Positions 24,036-32,116 of a stretch of 57,117 bases of DNA are shown piece after piece. The notes under the pieces are model-generated. The model saw only the letters and a program-made list of their open reading frames with translations. It was not told the origin of the DNA and searched no databases. Numbering within the stretch: position 1 is the stretch's first letter; each line of letters begins with the position of its first letter. The position numbers and the translations under genes were made by a program. This DNA is from a virus: the IMG/VR virus record IMGVR_UViG_3300030381_000056; one strand, given 5' to 3'.

Positions 24036-24701
24036 ATGGAAAATATTGTAAACGTTGAAGGAACAGAGTTAGATGTCAGAGAATACAATGGTCAGATGGT
24101 TGTTACTTTTGACGATATCGACCTTGTTCATAAAAGACCACACGGTACTGCAAGAAATGCTTTTAAAAGAAATAAAAGGCATTTTATAGATGGTGTTGAT
24201 TATTTTGTGTTGGAAAAGGAAAATTCTAATGTACACGAAACGTACATTAGAAATATTGATATTCCAAACAGAGGTATTACTGTATTTACCGAGAGTGGAT
24301 ACCTTATGCTTGTAAAGCCATTTAAGGATGATTTATCGTGGGATGTTCAGAGGAGGCTTGTAAATGCTTATTTTGCATTAAAAAATCAACAACCCACCGC
24401 CGCAATCGAGGAAAAGCCGACATTAGAGTTTGAAACAGACTGGTTCTGCATCAACCGTGGAAAAATCAACTACGTCTGCCGTTGCTACGATATTACATCA
24501 AAGGAATATATGCATCACTTACTTGAAGTTTTGGGAAGAACGTATAATTTTGATGAAGCGAAGAGGATTTACAGTGCAACGACCGGAAACTGGAAATGCA
24601 GAAATTCCGAAGTAATCACCTACTTCCCACAGCTTTCAGACCTTGCATCTAAAATTCTTCAAAAAGATTTAGCGGACTGTGCAACAGAAGAGACCCCATA
24701 A
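24036..24701 (+). CDS. ORF6N/KilA-N-type DNA-binding (antirepressor-like) protein
   Basis: VREYNGQMVVTFDDIDLVHKRPHGTARNAFKRNKRHFIDGVDYFVL fits the ORF6N domain pattern. Confidence 0.6.
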   Translation: MENIVNVEGTELDVREYNGQMVVTFDDIDLVHKRPHGTARNAFKRNKRHFIDGVDYFVLEKENSNVHETYIRNIDIPNRGITVFTESGYLMLVKPFKDDLSWDVQRRLVNAYFALKNQQPTAAIEEKPTLEFETDWFCINRGKINYVCRCYDITSKEYMHHLLEVLGRTYNFDEAKRIYSATTGNWKCRNSEVITYFPQLSDLASKILQKDLADCATEETP

Positions 24702-24714
24702 CAAGGGGTCTTTT
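24692..24714. terminator. Hairpin terminator at the end of ORF 24036..24701, at the convergent junction with the minus-strand operon ending at 24883
   Basis: GACCCC-ataacaa-GGGGTC followed by TTTTC. Confidence 0.55.
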
Positions 24715-24882
24715 CTATGCCATTCTTTTATTCGACGAAATTCGTCGAAATAAATATTTAAGGGATTATTTTTCCCCTAAAACACATTTTACTGGTATTC
24801 TGATTTTGTTAAGCGACACGTTGTCGCTCAATTATTCTATTGTATGTTAAACATACGAATCAAATCTCAATGTGAATGTCTG

Positions 24883-25203
24883 TCACATTGCCATTCCAAC
24901 AATACCTCTTATCAGTTCATCAGCCAGTGCAAACACTTCTCTTCCGTAGGTAGCCAAAAAGTCGGCAACAATCTCTTCTGTCTGAATATCCATAGTCAGA
25001 TTGTAGGATAAACAGAACGCATGGCACAATTCATGGCACAGCACACGGTCAAAGAATGAGCCATTGATTCTGTTTGAAATATAAATGCACTGTGTATTTC
25101 GGTCTGTCATTCCAAACGTGTATGTATTATCAGAACGCATTAACATAGTGCTGTGTGGCTCTACAAGCCTTAAATTCCAAACGATTCCATTTATCGTGAA
25201 CAT
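24883..25203 (-). CDS. Small HExxH zinc-metallopeptidase-like protein (ImmA/SprT-like)
   Basis: VLCHELCHAF motif; 106 aa. Confidence 0.5.
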   Translation of the reverse strand: MFTINGIVWNLRLVEPHSTMLMRSDNTYTFGMTDRNTQCIYISNRINGSFFDRVLCHELCHAFCLSYNLTMDIQTEEIVADFLATYGREVFALADELIRGIVGMAM

Positions 25204-25250
25204 CTTACCACCTCCAACATAAAAGGGGCTAAATAAGCCCCTTATGTGTG

Positions 25251-25898
25251 TTATCCAATTTTTGTTACCAGTGCAGACAGCTTGCTTTTAAGGACAGACT
25301 TCTCTTCCGGTGTGGCATCATTTATGATTTCGGACATATCCGTTGCCAGTTCCGTCATGTAGGTGTTCAGGTCACGCACTTTTGCTTCCTTGTCCGCAGG
25401 AGTGTTAGCTTTGTGCAGTTCCTTATTTTCCATGTAGGCTCTACGGCTCATGCCGCTTCTGCCCTCTCTTGAATCACGCATACCAGATAAAGAAGTTTCC
25501 GTGTAGTACATACGCCCCATGTCTCTGTCCATGTCACGGTGATACATTTCCGGTGTCATGTGATAATAAGGCGGTTCCTCATATCCTCTACGGTACGTTC
25601 CATGCCCTTTCGGTGCAAATCTTCCATCAGCATAGCGGTAATGGTCGTAGAAACGCTTGCCACCGTCACCATAACGTTCAAACATTTCCATGTTTTCGTC
25701 CGGGTCATATTCCTGCATGGTTTTTGTCAGTTCCCGGTAGTACATAGCTTCGGACAAGTCCTTAATCATATCAATGACGTTTCCCATTTCGCAAGTATCT
25801 ACTTTGTCAATTCCTTTGTCAAACTGCGTTTTAGCGCATTCAGAAAGTTTTTCAATCATTTCATGCATTCTTTTAACATCCAATTTATTTACCTCCAT
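25251..25898 (-). CDS. Hypothetical protein with helical ends and a Tyr/Arg/Met/Asp/Gly-rich disordered centre
   Basis: ..RFYDHYRYADGRFAPKGHGTYRRGYEEPPYYHMTPEMYHRDMDRDMGRMYY.. Confidence 0.55.
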   Translation of the reverse strand: MEVNKLDVKRMHEMIEKLSECAKTQFDKGIDKVDTCEMGNVIDMIKDLSEAMYYRELTKTMQEYDPDENMEMFERYGDGGKRFYDHYRYADGRFAPKGHGTYRRGYEEPPYYHMTPEMYHRDMDRDMGRMYYTETSLSGMRDSREGRSGMSRRAYMENKELHKANTPADKEAKVRDLNTYMTELATDMSEIINDATPEEKSVLKSKLSALVTKIG

Positions 25899-26691
25899 AT
25901 TCTGATATAACTTGTTCTATATCTTTTTTGTTTACCAATATTTCTTTTAATAAAATTTTATAATCGATCTTTTTATCTCTTGATATTAGTCTCAAATCTA
26001 CTTCTTTCCCGTTGTAATACGTTTTGCAAAATCCACTTAAATTCATAGCAATTTCAAAAGGAAGTTCTAAGTTGCAAACCCTATGGTACATAATTTCATA
26101 TTTCAAATTGTGGATTTCACATAACTCACTTAATGTTTTTCGCTCTCCATTGTAATCAATGTAAATGTTTCTTCTTGTATTGTTGCATTGCTCTTTTTGC
26201 GTAATCCAACGGCAATTTGATGGTTCATAGTTTCCGTTAAAATCTATTCTATCTATGGATAATCCATTTTTATAGCCATTCTTTACAGACCAGTTATAAA
26301 AATTTTGAAATCCATTTTCACCTTTCCATTCAGAACATACCTTAATGCCTCTGCCGCCATACCACATATATGCCGTTTCTTTTTCGTTTTCGCATCTTTT
26401 TCTCATAGAGCACCAAATTTTAAATAATTTAGTACCGCTCATTTTATGTGTAGTTAATTCTTCTATATGGTTCTTTCTGTTTTCTTCATTAAGGCATCCG
26501 CAACTCTTGGTGTATCCACCTTTGATTTTCGAGCTTTCAACAATTGTTTCTTTTCCACAAGAACACTTACATTTCCAATATGTCTTTTTGGTGTTCTCCT
26601 TATATACTCTTTCAACAACTGTCAGGCGGTTAAATATTTTTCCTGTCAAATCATCAAAATTATATGGTGTATTTCCTTTCTTAAAAGCCAT
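25885..26691 (-). CDS. Zn-ribbon plus conserved YGGRGI..C.EW module protein (phage DNA-binding / endonuclease-like, function unknown)
   Basis: WKCKCSCGKETIV...SCGC then W..M..RC...YGGRGIKVCSEW...NCRWITQKEQ. Confidence 0.45.
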   Translation of the reverse strand: MAFKKGNTPYNFDDLTGKIFNRLTVVERVYKENTKKTYWKCKCSCGKETIVESSKIKGGYTKSCGCLNEENRKNHIEELTTHKMSGTKLFKIWCSMRKRCENEKETAYMWYGGRGIKVCSEWKGENGFQNFYNWSVKNGYKNGLSIDRIDFNGNYEPSNCRWITQKEQCNNTRRNIYIDYNGERKTLSELCEIHNLKYEIMYHRVCNLELPFEIAMNLSGFCKTYYNGKEVDLRLISRDKKIDYKILLKEILVNKKDIEQVISEYGGK

Positions 26692-26749
26692 TTCTCAATC
26701 TCCTTTATACGTATATACCATTTTACGTGTATTATATCAATTTTATAAC

Positions 26750-26778
26750 TTTACGTCAATACGTATTTATGGTAAAAT
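26750..26778 (+). promoter_or_regulatory. Promoter of the small RHH gene, in an intergenic region with ATACGTAT-type palindromes
   Basis: TTTACG - 17 nt - TAAAAT; palindromes TATACGTATA (26706..26715) and ATACGTAT (26759..26766). Confidence 0.45.
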
Positions 26779-26801
26779 ACACTTAAAAAGGAGGTTTTAA
26801 A

Positions 26802-26948
26802 ATGTCAAAAATCAAATTCACAACAACAATGGAAAGCGAATTACTGAAAAAGATTAAAATTCAAGCAATCAAAGAACACCTTCCTGTATCAGCAATACTG
26901 GAAAGACTTATTAAAGAATACTTGTCAAGCCTGCCTAATAACGATTAA
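26802..26948 (+). CDS. Ribbon-helix-helix (CopG-like) protein, 48 aa
   Basis: MSKIKFTTTMESELLKKIKIQAIKEHLPVSAILERLIKEYLSSLPNND; AAGGAGG RBS; 3' end overlaps the convergent gene by 24 nt. Confidence 0.6.
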   Translation: MSKIKFTTTMESELLKKIKIQAIKEHLPVSAILERLIKEYLSSLPNND

Positions 26949-27347
26949 ATTAGAGTTCTGAACCTCTACTGCCTGACTTGATGTATTCATTACCGAAACT
27001 GTTGAACAACAGCATCTTGGAACGTCAATATATGCTTGTGAACTAACATTCTGTAAATTCTCTGCTGCTGCCGGAGTTACAATCATTCTTGTGGACTGTA
27101 AAGGTTCTCCGTCTACTGCCAGTGCAAGGGAAATTTCCTCAACAGTTCCACCCGTGGGAATCTGAATGTTGCCGGAATAACTTACAAGGAATCTTGCACG
27201 ACACTGATTAGTGATACCTCTTAACTTCACAATCCCGGATCCCTCTCTGTGAGTGATACAACCACTTCCATTCACGGCAGTTTCGGTAAAAGCAATGTCT
27301 GCTCCCGCTGCCACAGTCTGTAATGCTACTGCTGTATATTCAGCCAT
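26925..27347 (-). CDS. BclA C-terminal-domain-like (C1q/TNF-like jelly-roll) protein, 140 aa
   Basis: AEYTAVALQTVAAGADIAFTE..ITH..GSG..FLVSYSGN..ISLALAVDGEPL..STVSVMNTSSQAVEVQNSNLIVIRQA follows the pattern of small BclA-CTD proteins; contains a CCC triplet. Confidence 0.5.
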   Translation of the reverse strand: MAEYTAVALQTVAAGADIAFTETAVNGSGCITHREGSGIVKLRGITNQCRARFLVSYSGNIQIPTGGTVEEISLALAVDGEPLQSTRMIVTPAAAENLQNVSSQAYIDVPRCCCSTVSVMNTSSQAVEVQNSNLIVIRQA

Positions 27348-27460
27348 AAAAAGTACCTCTCTTTCAAAATAATAGGGGCAAACCATGCAGTCTGCCCCAT
27401 GTTGTCAGTAATTCTGCATAGCAGACATAACCATAAGGTTAAGTTACTCGATATGCAGTT

Positions 27461-28237
27461 TTAGCATCCGCAACCAGTGTTGCAACCACACCCGTAATAT
27501 ACGTTAGGGTTGGGAACCTGATATGCAGGAATAGGTGCAGGTTTCACAGTGTTGATGATCTGCTGTGTCTGAGCCGCCATCTGAGTAGTGAGAAGTGCAT
27601 TCTGCCGATCCTGTGAAGCTGCTCTGCGCAGATCGTTATTCTCTGCGGTCAGAGTTGCAATCTTGTCTTGGCATAAGTAGTCAAGGATTGCTCTCGTACC
27701 GGCATTTTGACTGTCGATAATGTCACGAGTGTTGTTGTTCATGGTGTTCTGCAATGCGCAAGTATTCGTTGCCATATTGTAGTTCACACCCTGGATAGCT
27801 TCACGGGTATCGCAGCAGCACTGTGCTAACTGTGCCTGTAAAGCATTAGCATTCTGCATTCCTGCTACGGTGTCTGCATTGATAGCCTGTTGGATGCCAT
27901 AGCCGGTCTGTAAAATGTTGGTATTTACGCCATTAAATCCGGTAAGCATACCGTTGTTTACAGCGTAGAATCCGTCACACAGACCATTGTTGATTCCATC
28001 CAGTTTACCGATGATAGACTGGGTGTCGAACCCTCTTTGCAATGCAGAATCGGTGTAGTAACTGGAGTTAGAGCCATTACCGCCCCATCCATTACCGCCC
28101 CAACCGCCAAAAGCAAAGAAAAGGACGAAAATAATAATCCACCAGGCACCATCGTCACCCCATGCACCGTTGTTACCGTATCCGCCATTAGCCGGCATAA
28201 CAGGCATGGTAAAGGGAGTATTGTTACTCTCAAACAT
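27461..28237 (-). CDS. Gly/Trp/Asn-rich membrane-anchored protein with Cys-rich tail
   Basis: ..GGYGNNGAWGDDGAWWIIIFVLFFAFGGWGGNGWGGNG.., Q/N-rich helical middle with CCC, ends YYGCGCNTGCGC; GGAGG RBS before ATG 28237. Confidence 0.6.
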   Translation of the reverse strand: MFESNNTPFTMPVMPANGGYGNNGAWGDDGAWWIIIFVLFFAFGGWGGNGWGGNGSNSSYYTDSALQRGFDTQSIIGKLDGINNGLCDGFYAVNNGMLTGFNGVNTNILQTGYGIQQAINADTVAGMQNANALQAQLAQCCCDTREAIQGVNYNMATNTCALQNTMNNNTRDIIDSQNAGTRAILDYLCQDKIATLTAENNDLRRAASQDRQNALLTTQMAAQTQQIINTVKPAPIPAYQVPNPNVYYGCGCNTGCGC

Positions 28238-28291
28238 AATTTTTACCTCCATATAAGATTTTTTATACTTAATCTTGCAAGAATTTAGTAT

Positions 28292-28531
28292 CTACTTCAT
28301 AGGAAACTGACGCTTGAATTTATCAAATTCGGAATCAAAATCCATACCTCGTTCCTTAGCAATATTTCTTCCTAACTGCTCTACTCCAGCAAAATCTCCT
28401 TTTTGAGCCATGCCCATTATATTTTTAGCCATAGGGTTTGACATGATCTGACTGTTTCCCATCATATTTTGGATAAACTGTCGTGGATTCCCCATTGTCT
28501 TAAGCATCTGCATAGGGTTCATCATATTCAT
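28292..28531 (-). CDS. Met/Asn/Pro-rich small protein (14 Met in 79 aa)
   Basis: MNMMNPMQMLKTMGNPRQFIQNMMGNSQIMSNPMAKNIMGMAQ..; overlaps the upstream stop. Confidence 0.55.
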   Translation of the reverse strand: MNMMNPMQMLKTMGNPRQFIQNMMGNSQIMSNPMAKNIMGMAQKGDFAGVEQLGRNIAKERGMDFDSEFDKFKRQFPMK

Positions 28532-29004
28532 TCTGCATCATCCTTTCTTTGCGATTGCGGAGTTTTTCTTTGCGATTGTGAAGATTTCAACTGCTCAATC
28601 TTCTGTTCCAGTTCATCAAACCGCTTCATAAATACCTCTGTAGCTTCGTCTGATAGGTCAAATTTCGTCTTTTCTGCGGTCTGCAGTGAATTGTTATCGT
28701 TATCTTCCAAAACAGGCTTATAGAGCCTTGTATAAATTTTCCCATCTGCTCCCCATGATTTAGCATAGATCTCTGACATATCCTGTTTAGGGAAAAATGC
28801 CGTATTGCCATCCATAGGAACCTCATTCGGTGCTATGCATTCCTGCGCTGGCACAATGCGACCGTACATCTGTACTGCGTTTTGCTGTGGCTGTTGCATA
28901 AACTGCTGTGGTTGGAATTGTTCCTGTTGTGGCATAAACTGTCCGTACATAGGTGTTCTATACTGCGGATTGAAATAGTTCGGATTCATAATCGGCTGTG
29001 GCAT
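28528..29004 (-). CDS. Protein with Gln/Pro/Met-rich N-terminus and coiled-coil C-terminus
   Basis: MPQPIMNPNYFNPQYRTPMYGQFMPQQEQFQPQQFMQQPQQ...; C-terminal tandem SQSQRKTPQSQRK. Confidence 0.55.
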   Translation of the reverse strand: MPQPIMNPNYFNPQYRTPMYGQFMPQQEQFQPQQFMQQPQQNAVQMYGRIVPAQECIAPNEVPMDGNTAFFPKQDMSEIYAKSWGADGKIYTRLYKPVLEDNDNNSLQTAEKTKFDLSDEATEVFMKRFDELEQKIEQLKSSQSQRKTPQSQRKDDAE

Positions 29005-29057
29005 GGCTATTCTCCTTTTCTTCCATTGATTCTATCTGTTTCGCAATTTCCACTTCA

Positions 29058-29246
29058 TCAAGTGTCTGATATGTCGGTTTGTTCAAAAGTCCCAACGGGC
29101 TGAAATTCATAAGCATTACCAAGTTCTCCTATAACTTCCTCTGCTGCATGGACTACGATTGATTGATATTTAAGCGGAACACTTCCCATCTGTTCTTTAC
29201 TAAAAATACGTTCCAACGCTTCATCTGAAAATCTAAATTTTGCCAT
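29058..29246 (-). CDS. Hypothetical acidic protein (62 aa), first gene of the attP-proximal cassette
   Basis: AAGGAGG RBS; MAKFRFSDEALERIF... Confidence 0.5.
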   Translation of the reverse strand: MAKFRFSDEALERIFSKEQMGSVPLKYQSIVVHAAEEVIGELGNAYEFQPVGTFEQTDISDT

Positions 29247-29280
29247 AAGGTCATTCCTCCTTATGCTTAAATTTTGGCAT

Positions 29281-29302
29281 AAAAAAAGACGGTCTACCCG
29301 TC
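29281..29302 (-). terminator. Rho-independent terminator downstream of the integrase/attP region
   Basis: Minus strand GACGG-gtaga-CCGTC followed by TTTTTTT. Confidence 0.6.
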
Positions 29303-29372
29303 ATGTATCCGTCACATTTCATTCACTATAAAATTATTGGAATCTTTGCAAAAAACTCCTTTCGTTTTAGGC

Positions 29373-29557
29373 TTGACTACTATTTTGACTACTATTCGAC
29401 TACCCATTGCCCGGGAATGCCCATTTTATCAGCTTTTTCGAGTGGAAGCAAGGGGGCTCGAACCCCACTCTATTCCTCTTACTTTCCGCATATTTACTGG
29501 CTTTCTAGGTGTTTTTTGTTGATTACTTTTGACTACTTTTGCAAAAATAGTAGTCAA
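29373..29557. mobile_element. attP: tRNA 3'-end core (about 29443..29470) flanked by six arm-type TTGACTACT(A/T)T repeats
   Basis: Minus strand ..GGGGTTCGAGCCCCCTTGCTTCCA is a T arm plus acceptor 3' half with no 5' half. Repeats at 29373, 29385, 29396, 29519, 29529 and inverted at 29547. Adjacent to the integrase gene. Confidence 0.65.
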
Positions 29558-29558
29558 A

Positions 29559-30779
29559 TCACCTTGCCTGTAAATCTGGGATACTACTCAAAATAGACGA
29601 TTTCTTTTCAATGGTTTTCCTATTCCTATGATAGTGTATTTCTGAAGTCATAATATCTGTATGCCCCATCTGATCCATGACAAGTCTTTTGTCTACATTG
29701 TTATCCATAAGAATAGTTCCATATGTCTTTCTTACTTTGTGCGGTGGCTTTGGATAAATTTTCAATTTTCTGCAAAGCCTTTTTTGCCTTTGCCTAACCG
29801 CCTGTGCAGTAACCCTGATATCATTTTTGGTAAAAATGTAATCTCCAAATGGATTCATGTACTTTATTTTATCACAAATCCATACATAATCATTCGGTAT
29901 AATTGCTGTTCTGATTCCTGCCTTAGTTTTAGGATACTCTTTTACTTCAACAACATTGTTTCCGTTTTCGTCTTTATACTTCGTCTCCGTTCTGCGAACG
30001 TTAAAAGTATTATCAAAAAAATCGGAATGTCTTAATGTTACAACTTCTCCGATACGCACACCAGTTAAAAACATAAGCAATATAGCAATATTAGAAGTGT
30101 CAAGGTGGTTGACAAGATATTTAATCATTACATCCGTTTCATATTCGTCGAATACCTCTTCATAGTCTTCCTTTATTACTTTTTTAAAATCACTATCAGA
30201 TACGTCAAGATTCTCAAAAAGTTCTACAATATTAAAATCAATAAGTTTACGTTTTTTCGCCCGTTTAAGGAAGGTTCTTGTAATTCCTTTTAGACCGGAA
30301 AAAGATTTAGGTGTCAACTCTTTATCGGCAATTTCTTCCTCTAAAAAATCCCCCCATTCATCTTCTGATATTGATTTTATTCTTCGCTTACCTAACTCTC
30401 CATAGTGTCTTAGAAAATATCTCTCATCTCTATCGTATGTTGCTTTGCATATCTTTTTAAGATACAATCTTCGGTCTTCACATTCGTAAAACACTTCTGT
30501 AACTGTTGGATTTTGCTCTTTTTGGTAGTAAAACTTAATAACTTCTTCTTTGAGATCTTCCTCGCTTTTCTTTTTTACAAGTCTCCTTCCTTTTTCCTCA
30601 TCCGGCAAATAAGTTCTCCAGTATCCGTCTTTGCCTTTGTTGATCGCGTATTGATGTTTCTTTAGATACTCTTCTTTCTTTTTCATTTCAATGCTTTTTT
30701 GCAAAGATTCCGTGTCAATCATACCATTGCTAACGGCATATTGCAATATTTCCATATTAGAAAGTTCCAAATCTATCAC
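29559..30779 (-). CDS. int: Tyrosine recombinase / phage integrase
   Basis: 406 aa; C-terminus ..HKVRKTYGTILMDNNVDKRLVMDQMGHTDIMTSEIHYHRNR (R..H..GH..Y catalytic pattern); N-terminal arm-binding-like DGYWRTYL. Confidence 0.85.
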   Translation of the reverse strand: MIDLELSNMEILQYAVSNGMIDTESLQKSIEMKKKEEYLKKHQYAINKGKDGYWRTYLPDEEKGRRLVKKKSEEDLKEEVIKFYYQKEQNPTVTEVFYECEDRRLYLKKICKATYDRDERYFLRHYGELGKRRIKSISEDEWGDFLEEEIADKELTPKSFSGLKGITRTFLKRAKKRKLIDFNIVELFENLDVSDSDFKKVIKEDYEEVFDEYETDVMIKYLVNHLDTSNIAILLMFLTGVRIGEVVTLRHSDFFDNTFNVRRTETKYKDENGNNVVEVKEYPKTKAGIRTAIIPNDYVWICDKIKYMNPFGDYIFTKNDIRVTAQAVRQRQKRLCRKLKIYPKPPHKVRKTYGTILMDNNVDKRLVMDQMGHTDIMTSEIHYHRNRKTIEKKSSILSSIPDLQAR

Positions 30780-30978
30780 CTTCTAACCGCTTAAGCTTAT
30801 TTTTTATAGACCTCACTCTTCTTTCTACAGTAGTTACAGAAATGGAATGTCTAAAGGATATTTCTTTTTGAGAAATTCCCCTAGACAAATCCCAAAACAC
30901 TTTCTCTTCCTCTTCCGTAAAATTGGCGTTCCGGAAGATTTCATCAAGTTCTGGCTTAGTCAGTTTTGACAACTTCAT
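30757..30978 (-). CDS. Sigma-70 region-4 / LuxR-type HTH protein (possible excision or integrase regulator)
   Basis: FWDLSRGISQKEISFRHSISVTTVERRVRSIKNKLK; overlaps the int start by 23 nt. Confidence 0.5.
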   Translation of the reverse strand: MKLSKLTKPELDEIFRNANFTEEEEKVFWDLSRGISQKEISFRHSISVTTVERRVRSIKNKLKRLEGDRFGTF

Positions 30979-30993
30979 AAGCCAGTCTCCTTT

Positions 30994-31308
30994 TTAAAAT
31001 TTAGTCAATCTTTCATTCATGTGTTTTATTCTCTCGCAATACTTTATCCCTTTGTTGAGAATCTTGATCTCTTCATCAATATCTCCAACACAGGAATAGG
31101 ATATTTCTCCGTCCTTTGCTACGATAACCTTATTGCGCAGATCGTATAAATCCTCTTTCTTTTTATACTAGTAATACATGATAATGTACTTTGTAAACTT
31201 GAACATCTTATTGAGTAATTCCAACGACCACCAGATAGCGGTAAGGATAATTGCAATAAGTCCCATAATAATCAAAATATTGAATAGAATATTTTTGAAT
31301 ATCTCCAT
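30994..31308 (-). pseudogene. 104-codon reading frame interrupted by a single in-frame TAG (31168..31170)
   Basis: GGAG RBS; MEIFKNILFNILIIMGLIAIILTAIWWSLELLNKMFKFTKYIIMYY*YKKKEDLYDLRNKVIVAKDGEISYSCVGDIDEEIKILNKGIKYCERIKHMNERLTKF. The downstream half has no start codon of its own. Confidence 0.5.
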
Positions 31309-31390
31309 TTCGTCTCCTTTACTAAATTTCAGTTTTATTGTGTAATATTACCCATATTTACCCAACAAAAAAACCACCTACCGATTATGG

Positions 31391-31597
31391 TTAGTGGTTA
31401 TAATCTGCATTGTTAATAGTTATCAATGCTTTTTCAAGTTCCTTTGCTTCTTCATACCTTCTTTCATTGCAAAGCCGCTCAATTTTGGCTCTTACAACGA
31501 TTCCGACTGTCTTAAATGCTTCTTCCGCTTCTTTTTCAGCAGACACTGAAAAAGGATGCCCGTAAGTCTCAATCGTCTGTGTAAATTCTCTATCCAT
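31391..31597 (-). CDS. Hypothetical protein (68 aa)
   Basis: GGAGG RBS before ATG 31597 (MDREFTQTIE..). Confidence 0.5.
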   Translation of the reverse strand: MDREFTQTIETYGHPFSVSAEKEAEEAFKTVGIVVRAKIERLCNERRYEEAKELEKALITINNADYNH

Positions 31598-31667
31598 GCA
31601 TTCGCACCTCCCTGATATTGAGAATACTATACCACCAACCATATTCAGTTTTCAAGGTTCTCCGGCT

Positions 31668-31823
31668 CTATGCCGGTAAATATTCATCCAGCGCCTGCCG
31701 AATCACCCAGGAGATAGGTCTGTCCTGCTGCCGGCAGTAATCAATTAATCTCTCGTACTGCTCCGGATCCATGCTGATGTCTTTCCGGATGTTCTTCTTA
31801 CCTTCTTTCTTGGGTCTTGGCAT
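31668..31823 (-). CDS. Ribbon-helix-helix (CopG-like) protein, 51 aa
   Basis: MPRPKKEGKKNIRKDISMDPEQYERLIDYCRQQDRPISWVIRQALDEYLPA; below the ORF-track cutoff. Confidence 0.55.
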   Translation of the reverse strand: MPRPKKEGKKNIRKDISMDPEQYERLIDYCRQQDRPISWVIRQALDEYLPA

Positions 31824-31841
31824 AGGCCTATCTCCTTTCTT

Positions 31842-32078
31842 TTACCTATTCTTCAGAGCAATAATCAGATCATTATATGTTGCCTGATTCATATACATGG
31901 TCATATGTACCTGATCTACAACCGTTTCTCCGCGTTTTTGCCAATCTTTGGTGATGTATCCATACCGCTTAATCCACTTTTTATTGATGCGCTTCTTTTT
32001 GTGTCTGCGCCGCTGGACCTGTTTGGTTGTAACTATAACGGTATATCCGCCCATCAGATCGTTCATTTTACTTAACAT
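31842..32078 (-). CDS. Hypothetical basic protein (78 aa)
   Basis: Co-oriented ORF; RRRHKKKRINKKWIKRYG basic patch. Confidence 0.5.
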   Translation of the reverse strand: MLSKMNDLMGGYTVIVTTKQVQRRRHKKKRINKKWIKRYGYITKDWQKRGETVVDQVHMTMYMNQATYNDLIIALKNR

Positions 32079-32116
32079 GCCTATCTCTCCTTTCGTTACA
32101 CAATTTTTCCGATATT

